Below are positions 1 through 6,707 of a stretch of DNA of 32,000 nt, in pieces; position 1 is the first letter of the stretch; each line of letters opens with the position of its first letter. The notes beneath the pieces are model-generated. The model made no database searches and was not told where the DNA came from. It saw only the letters and a program-made list of their open reading frames with translations. The translations under genes and the position numbers were made by a program. Source of the DNA: Candidatus Methylomirabilis limnetica (lineage in GTDB: Bacteria; Methylomirabilota; Methylomirabilia; Methylomirabilales; Methylomirabilaceae); the NCBI RefSeq assembly GCF_003044035.1, contig NZ_NVQC01000013.1, positions 1 to 32,000 on the forward strand. The letters run 5' to 3'.

Positions 1-541
1 AGGCTCGGGTGTGGCCATCGAAGAACATCTCCTGTCGCTCGTACGGATAGGCCCGCACAAAGGGCATGCCCGAATAGCGCGATCGCATACAGAAGAGCTT
101 GACCTGCCGCTCCTCTCCTGCCATGCGGACCCAGGCAGCTCCCCAGTCGACTTCCGCCTCCTGCGCGAGCTCCGGGTCTAAGGGGATGACCGCTGTGACT
201 GTCGGCCATCCCAGCCGAGCCTTCTGCTCCCGCACCCATCGTCTAACTGTCGACTCCGCACCCGGAAAGGCATACTCTTCGACCAGTCGGGTCCAGATCC
301 GGTGCGCCGTGTGGCGATGCTTCTTGGGGGTCTCCTGATCCGTGCGGAGCCAGCCCTCGATGATGGCGGCGACCGAGTCCATCACCCGGGAGGCCGGTTC
401 GTGCCTCCTCCGGTACTTAGGCTCCCAGCCAGCTAGAACCTTGCGGATCGTTTTGCGTGTATGCCCAGTCTCCCGCGCGATCTGACGAATACTCTTCTGA
501 TACACCCGAGCGGCCGTCCTGATGAGCTCGTACTGATCCAT
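1..541 (-). CDS. istA: IS21-family transposase IstA, N-terminal part; gene continues past the left window edge
   Basis: Manual minus-strand translation from ATG (541-539): MDQYELIRTAARVYQKSIRQIARETGHTRKTIRKVLAGWEPKY...TAHRIWTRLVEEYAFPGAESTVRRWVRE...AEVDWGAAWVRMAGEERQVKLFCMRSRYSGMPFVRAYPYERQEMFFDGH. HTH followed by the start of the DDE core is typical of IstA. Absent from the ORF track because it is open at the edge. Confidence 0.8.
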   Translation of the reverse strand, partial: MDQYELIRTAARVYQKSIRQIARETGHTRKTIRKVLAGWEPKYRRRHEPASRVMDSVAAIIEGWLRTDQETPKKHRHTAHRIWTRLVEEYAFPGAESTVRRWVREQKARLGWPTVTAVIPLDPELAQEAEVDWGAAWVRMAGEERQVKLFCMRSRYSGMPFVRAYPYERQEMFFDGHTRA

Positions 542-641
542 CCCTAGCACTCCTCTCCCTCCCTGTCTCTGGTGTGGTCTTGCTCGAACACACGAGAAAC
601 AGCGAGCGTATCAGAGTGGGCTCCTTTTGCTCGATCATTGC
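1..641 (-). mobile_element. IS21-family insertion sequence, left (istA-proximal) end; outer boundary approximate
   Basis: istA plus about 100 bp of upstream leader containing an 8-bp direct repeat TTGCTCGA (580-587 and 627-634), reminiscent of the multiple terminal repeats of IS21 elements. intI homology begins right after it (~642). Confidence 0.55.
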
Positions 642-1519
642 CGTGTTAGGTGGGTCCCTTTTACTCTAGCGAAATCACCTTCCACGTTGGGCGCCGAACA
701 CGTACACGCGTTCCTGCGCCACTTGGCCATGGAGAAACAGGTGGCGTCTTCCACGCAGAATCAGGCGCTGAACGCCGTGGTCTTTCTCTACCGCAAGGTG
801 ATCAAGAAGGATATCGGCGACTTCGGCGATTTTCCTCGGGCGCGGCGCGGTCTGCGCTTGCCGGTAGTCGCCAGCCGGGCGGAAATAAAAGCGGTACTCG
901 ATCGGATGTCCGGTCGGGAGCAGTTCATGGCGCGCCTTCTTTACGGGACGGGACGGGGATGCGAGTGAACGAACTGCTGCGGCTGCGCGTGCAGGACGTG
1001 CAGTTCGACCAAAACTGGATCGTGGTGCGCGAAGCCAAAGGAAACAAGGACCGGTACGTCCCTCTGCCGGCGCGCTACCGGGCGGAACTTCAAGAGTGGC
1101 TCGAACGTCGGCATGAACAGTACCTCGCGGACAAGGCCCGGAACATGCACGAGGTCGAGGTCCCGGGCGCGTTGGCCCGCAAGTACCCGAATGCGCCCTA
1201 TCAGTGGGGCTGGCAATACGTCTTTGCGGCGGACGATTTCTCGCAGGACCCGCGAAGCGGCCACGCTCGGCGACACCACGTTGACTAACAGCGTGTCCAG
1301 CGCGCGGTACAGGAGGCTGTGCGGAAGGCGGGTCTGACGATCCGGTTCACACCCCACTGCTTCCGCCATAGCTTCGCTACTCATCTGCTGGAAGCCGGCC
1401 AAGACATCCGCACCGTGCAGGAACTTCTCGGCCACGCCGACGTCAAGACCACCATGATCTACACGCATGTGCTCAACAAGGGGCCTCTGGGCGTGGTCAG
1501 TCCCGTCGATACGTTGTGA
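642..1519 (+). pseudogene. intI: integron-type tyrosine recombinase (IntI), 5'-truncated, frameshifted and carrying an in-frame stop
   Basis: Joining ORFs 627-968, 650-1288 and 1319-1519 gives ...ASSTQNQALNAVVFLYRKV...LLYGTG/MRVNELLRLRVQDV...KGNKDRYVPLP...[45 protein letters not shown]...[39 protein letters not shown]. The ALxRKYP...W.W..F...DPRSG..RRHH segment is the IntI-specific insertion. Lesions: tandem GGACG duplication at 946-955, in-frame TAA at 1286-1288, and about 45 N-terminal residues missing. Confidence 0.8.
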
Positions 1520-1560
1520 GCTGAGTCTACCCCGAAGAGTCGGGCACATATACGCCTTTG
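1520..1560 (+). repeat. 41-bp repeat family X, copy 1, starting on the base after the intI stop
   Basis: GCTGAGTCTACCCCGAAGAGTCGGGCACATATACGCCTTTG matches 4606-4646 at 34 of 41 positions in the same orientation. Confidence 0.7.
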
Positions 1561-2061
1561 TCAGGGCGTTACTCTGGCTTGCTTGCGGGTCCTCGCGGGC
1601 TGCCATGACCGCACCCTCCATTCGCGTGAAAGAGTGGGCACTGTCGAAGCAGGTCTATGATGATTCTCCATTGAGGGATGTCAAGTGGAAGTAGACTGCT
1701 GGCCTTACTGGGGCCAGCCCAGGCCTGAACGAGTTTGCCAGCAGCAGGGCGACGCCGAACGGCCCCGTCATCCCGTCCACCTCCCGTGCTTGATTGGATA
1801 GCCGTCCTGCTCCCCCAGCTCTCTCGATGCTGCGTCATCGGGGTATGGGCTCTGCCCCTTACGCGAGCCCGGAGTCTCACTGGACAGCGCCGCCGATCCG
1901 ACGCCATCGACCTACTCACCAAGATCATGAAGATCTACTCGGGGGAAATGCAGTAAGGCGTGGTCAATCTCACTCATCTTATCGCCCTACCTTAGCCAAC
2001 GTGCCGCTAACCGGCTACCGAAGGAGTGTAGCGACTGAGGCAGTCCGAGCTGAGCGCCTTA

Positions 2062-2361
2062 TTATGGTTCATCTGTGCTAATCCAATAGTCTGGTTTTCG
2101 ATGTTGGTGAGCTACCGCAATCACAAGAATATGATCTTTTTCCATGGAGTACAGTAATTTGTACGGGAACTTGTGAAGGAGACATTTTCTTACATCGCCG
2201 CGCTCTGCTGACCATGCTTGAGGATACTCGGCGATTCGTAATGCGGCCCTTCTTACTTCCTCCTTGAATCTCTTGCCAAGTCCGGAATATTCAAGTTCAT
2301 AGTAATGGACAGCATCTTCCAACTCCTGCTTCGCATACCTTGTGAATAGGACGCGCATCAT
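2062..2361 (-). CDS. RelE/ParE-superfamily toxin
   Basis: 99-aa ORF MMRVLFTRYAKQELEDAVHYYE...RKCLLHKFPYKLLYSMEKDHILVIAVAHQHRKPDYW, a typical ParE-like pattern (FPY..Y......I.I.AV.H..R.P). Its start overlaps the upstream antitoxin stop by 4 nt (ATGA). Confidence 0.8.
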   Translation of the reverse strand: MMRVLFTRYAKQELEDAVHYYELEYSGLGKRFKEEVRRAALRIAEYPQAWSAERGDVRKCLLHKFPYKLLYSMEKDHILVIAVAHQHRKPDYWISTDEP

Positions 2362-2564
2362 TCTTCCTTAAATATCTCCTCCATCGGAATGCCTTCCAGC
2401 CTGCCTTCTCTATATGCTTTGAGCCTCTTTTCCGCTTCCTCGGCCCATATGTCATCCAGTTTCTTGTCCGGTTCATCAAGACTTCTTATGAGACCTTCCA
2501 CAAGCGTAAAGCGATCTTCCGGCTTGAGCTTCAAAGCCTCCCTTAGAAGTTCTTTCGTGCTCAT
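2358..2564 (-). CDS. antitoxin, putative addiction-module component (TIGR02574-like)
   Basis: 68 aa, LKPEDRFTLVEGLIRSLDEP...DIWAEEAEKRLKAYREGRLEGIPMEEIF; translationally coupled to the ParE-like gene. Confidence 0.75.
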   Translation of the reverse strand: MSTKELLREALKLKPEDRFTLVEGLIRSLDEPDKKLDDIWAEEAEKRLKAYREGRLEGIPMEEIFKEE

Positions 2565-2589
2565 TGTGCTTCACCTCCTCTTTCTTGAA

Positions 2590-2647
2590 ACATAACAGCG
2601 AAGCTCACCCACCGACGTGGGAGATCGGGTGGAGCGCCATGTTATGC
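2590..2647 (-). repeat. 58-bp imperfect palindrome between the two TA modules, attC-like (candidate only)
   Basis: Minus strand reads GCATAAC-atgGCGCTCCACCCgatctcccacgtcGGTGGGTGAGCttCGCt-GTTATGT. Outer 7-mers are complementary at 6 of 7 positions and resemble the inverse-core/core motifs (RYYYAAC/GTTRRRY). Inner arms pair with bulges. The TAA stop of the upstream toxin pseudogene lies inside the first 7-mer. Confidence 0.35.
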
Positions 2648-2938
2648 CCTGCGTCTCCAGATTGCGGGATCTCGCCGTCCATGAAATACAGCCAGAATCA
2701 CAAGGGACGCGGCCCTGACCCGAAAGAAGACTGAGTATGGAAATCTCCTTGCGACAGCCTTCCGCACATCAGAGAAGACGAGCGTGTATCTCTCGAGGTT
2801 TGCTGCTGCGTGAAGCACAACCTCATCGATTTACCGGAGGAACTCCTCACCAAGCCCTTGGCGCTGTTCGTTATACCAAGTTGTGGCGTCTTCGAACTCA
2901 ATGCGCGCCGCAGCACGAAAGACGACACGCAGGCTCAT
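2642..2938 (-). pseudogene. RelE/ParE-superfamily toxin, frameshifted
   Basis: Manual translation: MSLRVVFRAAARIEFEDATTWYNEQRQGLGEEFLR* (stop at 2833-2831), then in the next frame IDEVVLHAAANLERYTLVFSDVRKAVARRFPYSVFFRVRAASLVILAVFHGRRDPAIWRRRA*. Joined, this is a full-length ParE-like protein. ATGA overlap with the antitoxin at 2935-2938. Confidence 0.7.
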
Positions 2939-3165
2939 TGAGCTAGGCGTGCTCGCATCGATGCCTTGATGTCCTCCCACGGAATCACGTCATCCGGGAA
3001 TGCTTCATCATCTGCGATGCGGCGATCAATCTCTGCCCGTTGCGCCTCAGTAAGCGGAAAGCTCGCCGAATCGGCGCATATGCTGGCCCAGATCTCCTCG
3101 ACCAAGGCGAGCCGATCGTCAATATTCAGCCGGTCAATCCCAAACGCTTTCGCAGAGACGGTCAT
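2935..3165 (-). CDS. antitoxin, putative addiction-module component (TIGR02574-like)
   Basis: MTVSAKAFGIDRLNIDDRLALVEEIWASI...TEAQRAEIDRRIADDEAFPDDVIPWEDIKASMRARL. GGAGGAG lies 5 nt upstream of the ATG at 3165; the longer ORF start at 3225 is less likely. Confidence 0.7.
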   Translation of the reverse strand: MTVSAKAFGIDRLNIDDRLALVEEIWASICADSASFPLTEAQRAEIDRRIADDEAFPDDVIPWEDIKASMRARLAQ

Positions 3166-3448
3166 GGTCTCCTCCTTCCCTTGCCTTAGTCTAGCACCAT
3201 TAGCAACACCCGTCTCTACGGGCATAACTACAATTAAACAGAACTGTCTAATACCCTAGGCACTGTAAGTCCCTGCGGCGTATCCCGTTTCCTCAAAGTC
3301 AACCGTTTTGTTGAACCCCTTGATCTCACGTGAAGTATCATTTGGTGTTCCACTCACCGTGCCCTGGCGTGTTAGGCGGCAGCGGAGTGCAGTCTATTGC
3401 GGCCACAGAACTCACGGGCGACCGTTCTGGCCCATCTGTGGTGACCAG

Positions 3449-3486
3449 CCGGTCCGGCGGGCCGTACACGCTACGCTCGCCTTCAT
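3449..3486 (-). repeat. 38-bp repeat family Y, copy A
   Basis: Minus strand ATGAAGGCGAGCGTAGCGTGTACGGCCCGCCGGACCGG matches the 4532-4569 minus strand ATGAAGGTGAGCATGACGTGTACGACCCGCCGAATCGG at 31 of 38 positions. Confidence 0.6.
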
Positions 3487-3510
3487 TGTTCTTCCTCACC
3501 GAGTAATCCT

Positions 3511-3804
3511 TCAGCGACTTGAATCCACTGGGGGTTCATTCCCCGCGGCTTTCCTCGAGTTCGTCATACCGGCGGAAGCCGGTATCCAGATGACCCGATT
3601 GGATTCCCCCGTCCTGAGAATCATATCTCCATAATCGAACGTTTTCTTCATAATGCAGAGGACATCAACGTCCGATGCCTCTGTCGCGTCACCGCGAGCC
3701 TGGGAACCGTAGAGGACGACCGAGTCGAGATCGCCCCCCAGAATTTTGTGAAGCCGCTCGCGATGTTCGATCAGTATTTTCCGTAATTGAGGTTGCGGAT
3801 TCAT
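3511..3804 (-). CDS. MNT-type nucleotidyltransferase (antitoxin of a HEPN/MNT pair); 3' end rewritten by a hairpin-element insertion
   Basis: MNPQPQLRKILIEHRERLHKILGGDLDSVVLYGSQARGDATEASDVDVL... shows the GS.ARGD....SD.D motif. The C-terminal ...VIWIPASAGMTNSRK... is read through the inserted element at 3563-3594. Confidence 0.6.
   Translation of the reverse strand: MNPQPQLRKILIEHRERLHKILGGDLDSVVLYGSQARGDATEASDVDVLCIMKKTFDYGDMILRTGESNRVIWIPASAGMTNSRKAAGNEPPVDSSR
3563..3594. repeat. 32-nt REP-like hairpin element inserted in the MNT gene
   Basis: GTCAT-ATACCGGC-ggaa-GCCGGTAT-ccag-ATGAC: an 8-bp perfect stem plus outer GTCAT/ATGAC arms. It encodes the AGMT / VIPAEAGIQ-type peptides seen where such hairpin elements are read through as ORFs. 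Confidence 0.6.
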
Positions 3805-3994
3805 ATCGATGCCTTCCCTTGAGAATAGCTGTTCCTGCGCGTCCCTGCAAACCCCTCGCTTCGCTTCGGCCCGCAAGGTCTGACGCTTGGCGAGGTGGGC
3901 GCTTGCGAGCTTCCAGCGCTCTGCATCGCGAGGCAGTGCATCGAAGAGCGCCTAGGCCAGCTTCCAGAGACGAGACACGGGGTAGCCAGCCCGG

Positions 3995-4552
3995 TCAGTA
4001 TTTCACCCGCTTGGGGTCGGCCGCATACGCCTTGAGTACCTTCAACGCCTCACCACCGAGGACTTGAATCTCGGGAATCTTGCGCCGGTCCAGCGGTTTG
4101 GCCAGTTGCGCGTAGATGCACCGGTCGTCGAAGCCGACATCAGCAGCGTCTTGGACGCTGAATCCGTAGAACACGCGGTCCACCCGCGCCCAGTAGATGG
4201 CACTGAAGCACATCGGACACGGTTCACCGCTGGTATACAACTCGCAACCCTTGAGGCTGAAGGCCTTGACCCGCTTACAGGCGTCTCGGATCGCCACCAC
4301 CTCCCCATGGGCCGTGGGGTCGTTGGTGGCGACGACTCGATTCCAACCCTCCCCGACGACCTCGCCATCCTTGACAATTACGGTGCCAAAGGGGCCCCCG
4401 TCGCCCGCCTCCGCCCCCCTTCGGCCCAGCTCGATCGCGTGCCGCATGAATCGCTCTGCCCGTTCTTTATCGAAAGGGGGTGCGGCCGGCCGGACCGCTG
4501 CCACGTCCGGGTATGGGCCTTGACTCAGTTTCCGATTCGGCGGGTCGTACAC
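3995..4552 (-). CDS. guaD: guanine deaminase (CDA-fold, GuaD-like); start codon uncertain (GTG at 4552)
   Basis: ...GGPFGTVIVKDGEVVGEGWNRVVATNDPTAHGEVVAIRDACKRVKAFSLKGCELYTSGEPCPMCFSAIYWARVDRVFYGF...GFDD..IY is collinear with my recollection of Bacillus subtilis GuaD. It has the H(A/G)E and PCxxC zinc motifs and a roughly 30-aa N-terminal extension. Confidence 0.85.
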   Translation of the reverse strand: MYDPPNRKLSQGPYPDVAAVRPAAPPFDKERAERFMRHAIELGRRGAEAGDGGPFGTVIVKDGEVVGEGWNRVVATNDPTAHGEVVAIRDACKRVKAFSLKGCELYTSGEPCPMCFSAIYWARVDRVFYGFSVQDAADVGFDDRCIYAQLAKPLDRRKIPEIQVLGGEALKVLKAYAADPKRVKY

Positions 4553-4569
4553 GTCATGCTCACCTTCAT
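4532..4569 (-). repeat. 38-bp repeat family Y, copy B; covers the SD, GTG start and first codons of guaD
   Basis: See 3449-3486. Confidence 0.6.
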
Positions 4570-4605
4570 CTAAAAGGCCCTTGGAAAATACAACGGCCCT
4601 TCAGG

Positions 4606-4646
4606 GCTGAGGCTACCCCAAAGGGCCGGGTGCATATACGGCTTTG
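4606..4646 (+). repeat. 41-bp repeat family X, copy 2, between the ACT-protein stop and the guaD start
   Basis: GCTGAGGCTACCCCAAAGGGCCGGGTGCATATACGGCTTTG; see 1520-1560. Confidence 0.7.
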
Positions 4647-4658
4647 CGCTGAAATGCG

Positions 4659-5072
4659 TCAGGCGATGCCGAGCACTTTTGCGGCCCGTTTGAGGTCGGG
4701 TGACTTGACCCAGAGGATTGCGCCGTATCGATTCTTACCGGCACAGACGGCCGTGCAAGCGGTGACGTTGATCTTCGCATCCGCCAGCTTACTCAGGAGG
4801 TTGGCGACAGCGCCGATGCGGTCATCACCCTGGACGAGAAAGCCGCTCTTCTTCTTGCTGAGCGTACATCCGGCTTTCTTGGCGCATTTCGCAAAGGCCA
4901 CCGAATCGGCGGGAATGAAATCCAACTGGGCTCGCCGACCCTTGGGAAACCCGGAGAAGGCCAGCAGGTTGTGCCCTGCCTCATTGATCGCGTTGAGCAT
5001 ACGCGCAGCCTCTCCCGGCTTGTTGGGGGTCTCAATGTAGAAGTAATCCACGCGAGTGATCGTCTCAGCCAT
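4659..5072 (-). CDS. small ACT-domain-like protein (two tandem beta-alpha-beta-beta-alpha-beta halves), function unknown
   Basis: 137-aa ORF. YFYIETPNKPGEAARMLNAINEAGHNLLAF and FLVQGDDRIGAVANLLSKLADAKINVTA look like two ACT-type ligand-binding repeats. Confidence 0.55.
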   Translation of the reverse strand: MAETITRVDYFYIETPNKPGEAARMLNAINEAGHNLLAFSGFPKGRRAQLDFIPADSVAFAKCAKKAGCTLSKKKSGFLVQGDDRIGAVANLLSKLADAKINVTACTAVCAGKNRYGAILWVKSPDLKRAAKVLGIA

Positions 5073-5254
5073 GACTGCCTCCTTTTCATGCGAGCTGTTT
5101 CAACAGCCGCTTCCACTAACCGAAGAACTTATTCCACGTAGAGCTTCAAGCTATTGCCACAATAGTGTACAATCCACACCGTGTCAACTTGCCTGACAGG
5201 AGAGCAGGTTCGCTCTAAGGATGCTACCTCTGACCTCCATGAGCCAACTACACC

Positions 5255-6040
5255 ATGACCGCGAAGCAGATTGATGTGAATAGTGATGTAGGGGAGAGCT
5301 TTGGCGCCTGGACGATGGGGGCCGACGAGGCGCTGATGCCGTATCTCACCTCGGCGAGTATTGCTTGTGGATGGCATGGCGGGGATCCACAGGTGATGCG
5401 ACGAACCGTCAGGCTCGCGAGGATGCACGGCGTGAGGGTTGGGGCGCACCCGGGCTACCCGGATCTGCTGGGCTTCGGTCGCCGGCCGATGGCGCTTTCG
5501 CCGGGGGAGGCGAGGGACTACATCCTGTACCAGATCGGCGCGCTTTACGCCTTCGCAAAGGCTGAGGGGCTCACGCTTCAGCACGTCAAGCCTCACGGGG
5601 CCCTTTATCACGTGGCCGTTAGCGATCGGTCGCTGTCCCAAGGGATTGCAGAGGCGATCGCCGAAGTTGACCCCACCCTGATCCTGGTGGCGTTTCCTGG
5701 GTCTGAGCTCGTAAAGGCCGGGCAGGAGGCGGGCCTGAGAGTGGCGGCGGAAGGGTTTGGCGATCGTGCCTACAACGAAGATGGGCGCCTGGTTTCTCGG
5801 TCGATACCGGGCGCGCTCCTCACCGATCCCGATGCGGTGGCTGATCAGGTGCTGTTGATGGTGGAAGGGAAGGTTCGGGCCATCACCGGTCGGATGATCC
5901 CCATTACGGTGGATACCGTCTGCCTGCATGGCGATACCCCCGGTGCGCCGGCTATTGCGAAGCGGCTTCGAGAGCGACTGGCGCTGGCGGGGGTCGAGAC
6001 TATGCCGTTGGAGAAGCTCCTTGTCGGTCAGGTTTCTTGA
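5255..6040 (+). CDS. pxpA: 5-oxoprolinase subunit A (LamB/YcsF family)
   Basis: IDVNSDVGESFGAWTMG.DEALMPYLTSASIACGWHGGDP..M...V.LA...GV.VGAHPGYPDL.GFGRR...L.P...GALY: family-typical sequence. Confidence 0.9.
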   Translation: MTAKQIDVNSDVGESFGAWTMGADEALMPYLTSASIACGWHGGDPQVMRRTVRLARMHGVRVGAHPGYPDLLGFGRRPMALSPGEARDYILYQIGALYAFAKAEGLTLQHVKPHGALYHVAVSDRSLSQGIAEAIAEVDPTLILVAFPGSELVKAGQEAGLRVAAEGFGDRAYNEDGRLVSRSIPGALLTDPDAVADQVLLMVEGKVRAITGRMIPITVDTVCLHGDTPGAPAIAKRLRERLALAGVETMPLEKLLVGQVS

Positions 6041-6707
6041 CGGCGGAGAAAGCTGCCTGGTGGTAGAGCTGGGCGACGCGATCGATCTCGCCTTGAACCG
6101 ACAAGTCCGGGCTCTGAGCCTGGCTTTGGAACAGGCAAGGGTGAAAGGGGTGCTGGAAGCAGTGCCTACCTATCGATCGCTCGCGATCTACTACGATCCA
6201 CTGACGATCGACCGTGATGCCCTGAGGGAGCAGGTCGGCACGCTTTACGATTCATTGGAGGACTTAGGCGACCAGACACCCAGGGTGGTGGAGATCCCGA
6301 CCGTCTATGGTGGGGAATACGGTCCCGACCTCGAGTTCGTCGCTCGCCACAGCGGCCTTTCATGGGATGAGGTGGTTCGTCTCCATTCGAAGCCGCTCTA
6401 TCATGTCTACATGCTGGGCTTCATCGCGGGATTTCCCTACCTTGGTGACCTCTCGGAGCGGCTCGCGATCCCCCGTCTTTCCACGCCCCGCCTCAAGGTG
6501 CCGACCGGCTCCGTCGGGATCGGTGGGAGGCAGACCGGCGTCTATCCCATCGAGAGTCCGGGGGGCTGGCGAATCATAGGCCGCACTCCCCTTCGCCTTT
6601 TCGATCCGTCTGCTGAGGCGCCGACCGCGATCCTCCCTGGCGATAAGGTCCGATTCGTTCGAATAGAGCCGCACGAGTACGAAAGAGGGCAGAGTGGACG
6701 CCTTTGA
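6021..6707 (+). CDS. pxpB: 5-oxoprolinase subunit B (KipI / allophanate hydrolase subunit 1 family); start inferred as TTG 6021
   Basis: VRFLDGGESCLVVELGD...VPTYRSLAIYYDP...LGFIAGFPYLG...PR..VP.GSVGIGG.QTGVYP..SPGGW.IIGRTP. The upstream part of ORF 5928-6707 overlaps pxpA and has no homology. Confidence 0.85.
   Translation: MSVRFLDGGESCLVVELGDAIDLALNRQVRALSLALEQARVKGVLEAVPTYRSLAIYYDPLTIDRDALREQVGTLYDSLEDLGDQTPRVVEIPTVYGGEYGPDLEFVARHSGLSWDEVVRLHSKPLYHVYMLGFIAGFPYLGDLSERLAIPRLSTPRLKVPTGSVGIGGRQTGVYPIESPGGWRIIGRTPLRLFDPSAEAPTAILPGDKVRFVRIEPHEYERGQSGRL

Noticed and set aside
3296-3377. Perfect integron core-site heptamer GTTAGGC (3371-3377; GCCTAAC on the minus strand) with RYYYAAC-like partners at 3296-3302 and 3310-3316, as a second attC.
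   Set aside because: The outer boxes are complementary at only about 4 of 7 positions. The inner arms are really a direct repeat of CTCAC(C)GTG pairing through the CACGTG palindrome. A single 7-mer match is expected by chance. It is left for a covariance-model scan.
3974-3990. GGGGTAGCC(AG)CCC just downstream of the guaD stop as a third, inverted, partial copy of repeat X.
   Set aside because: Only about a 9-mer plus 5 nt match. An exact 9-mer is not unlikely by chance in 64 kb of two-strand sequence.
1457-4605. Possible extended homology between the last 60 nt of intI (TACACGCATGTGCTCAAC...AAGGGGCC...) and 4548-4605 upstream of X copy 2. This would make X copy 2 the relic of a second recombinase 3' end.
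   Set aside because: Only short blocks match (TACACG, CATG, GCTCA, AAGGCC), and they need compensating gaps. The region is the bona fide 5' end of guaD on the other strand. The similar spacing (60 versus 58 nt) may be coincidence. It should be tested by proper alignment statistics.
4553-4658. Purine riboswitch in the guaD leader.
   Set aside because: The minus-strand leader (…CGTATATGCACCCGGCCCTTTGGGGTAGCC…) lacks the conserved three-way junction and loop-loop motifs as I recall them. The sequence is instead repeat family X, which also occurs after intI.
5129-5929. Long antisense ORFs opposite strong genes. Examples: 5129-5929 opposite pxpA, 941-1621 opposite intI, 8695-9279 opposite galT, 9518-10030 opposite glnB, 10678-11100 opposite glnA, 20899-21399 and 20975-21469 opposite mlaF, 24862-25425 opposite the helicase, 28885-29376 opposite the RAYT gene.
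   Set aside because: Their translations are Arg/Pro/Gly-rich low-complexity sequence with no family resemblance. They are the usual shadow ORFs of GC-rich coding DNA, and the opposite strand has clear homology in each case.
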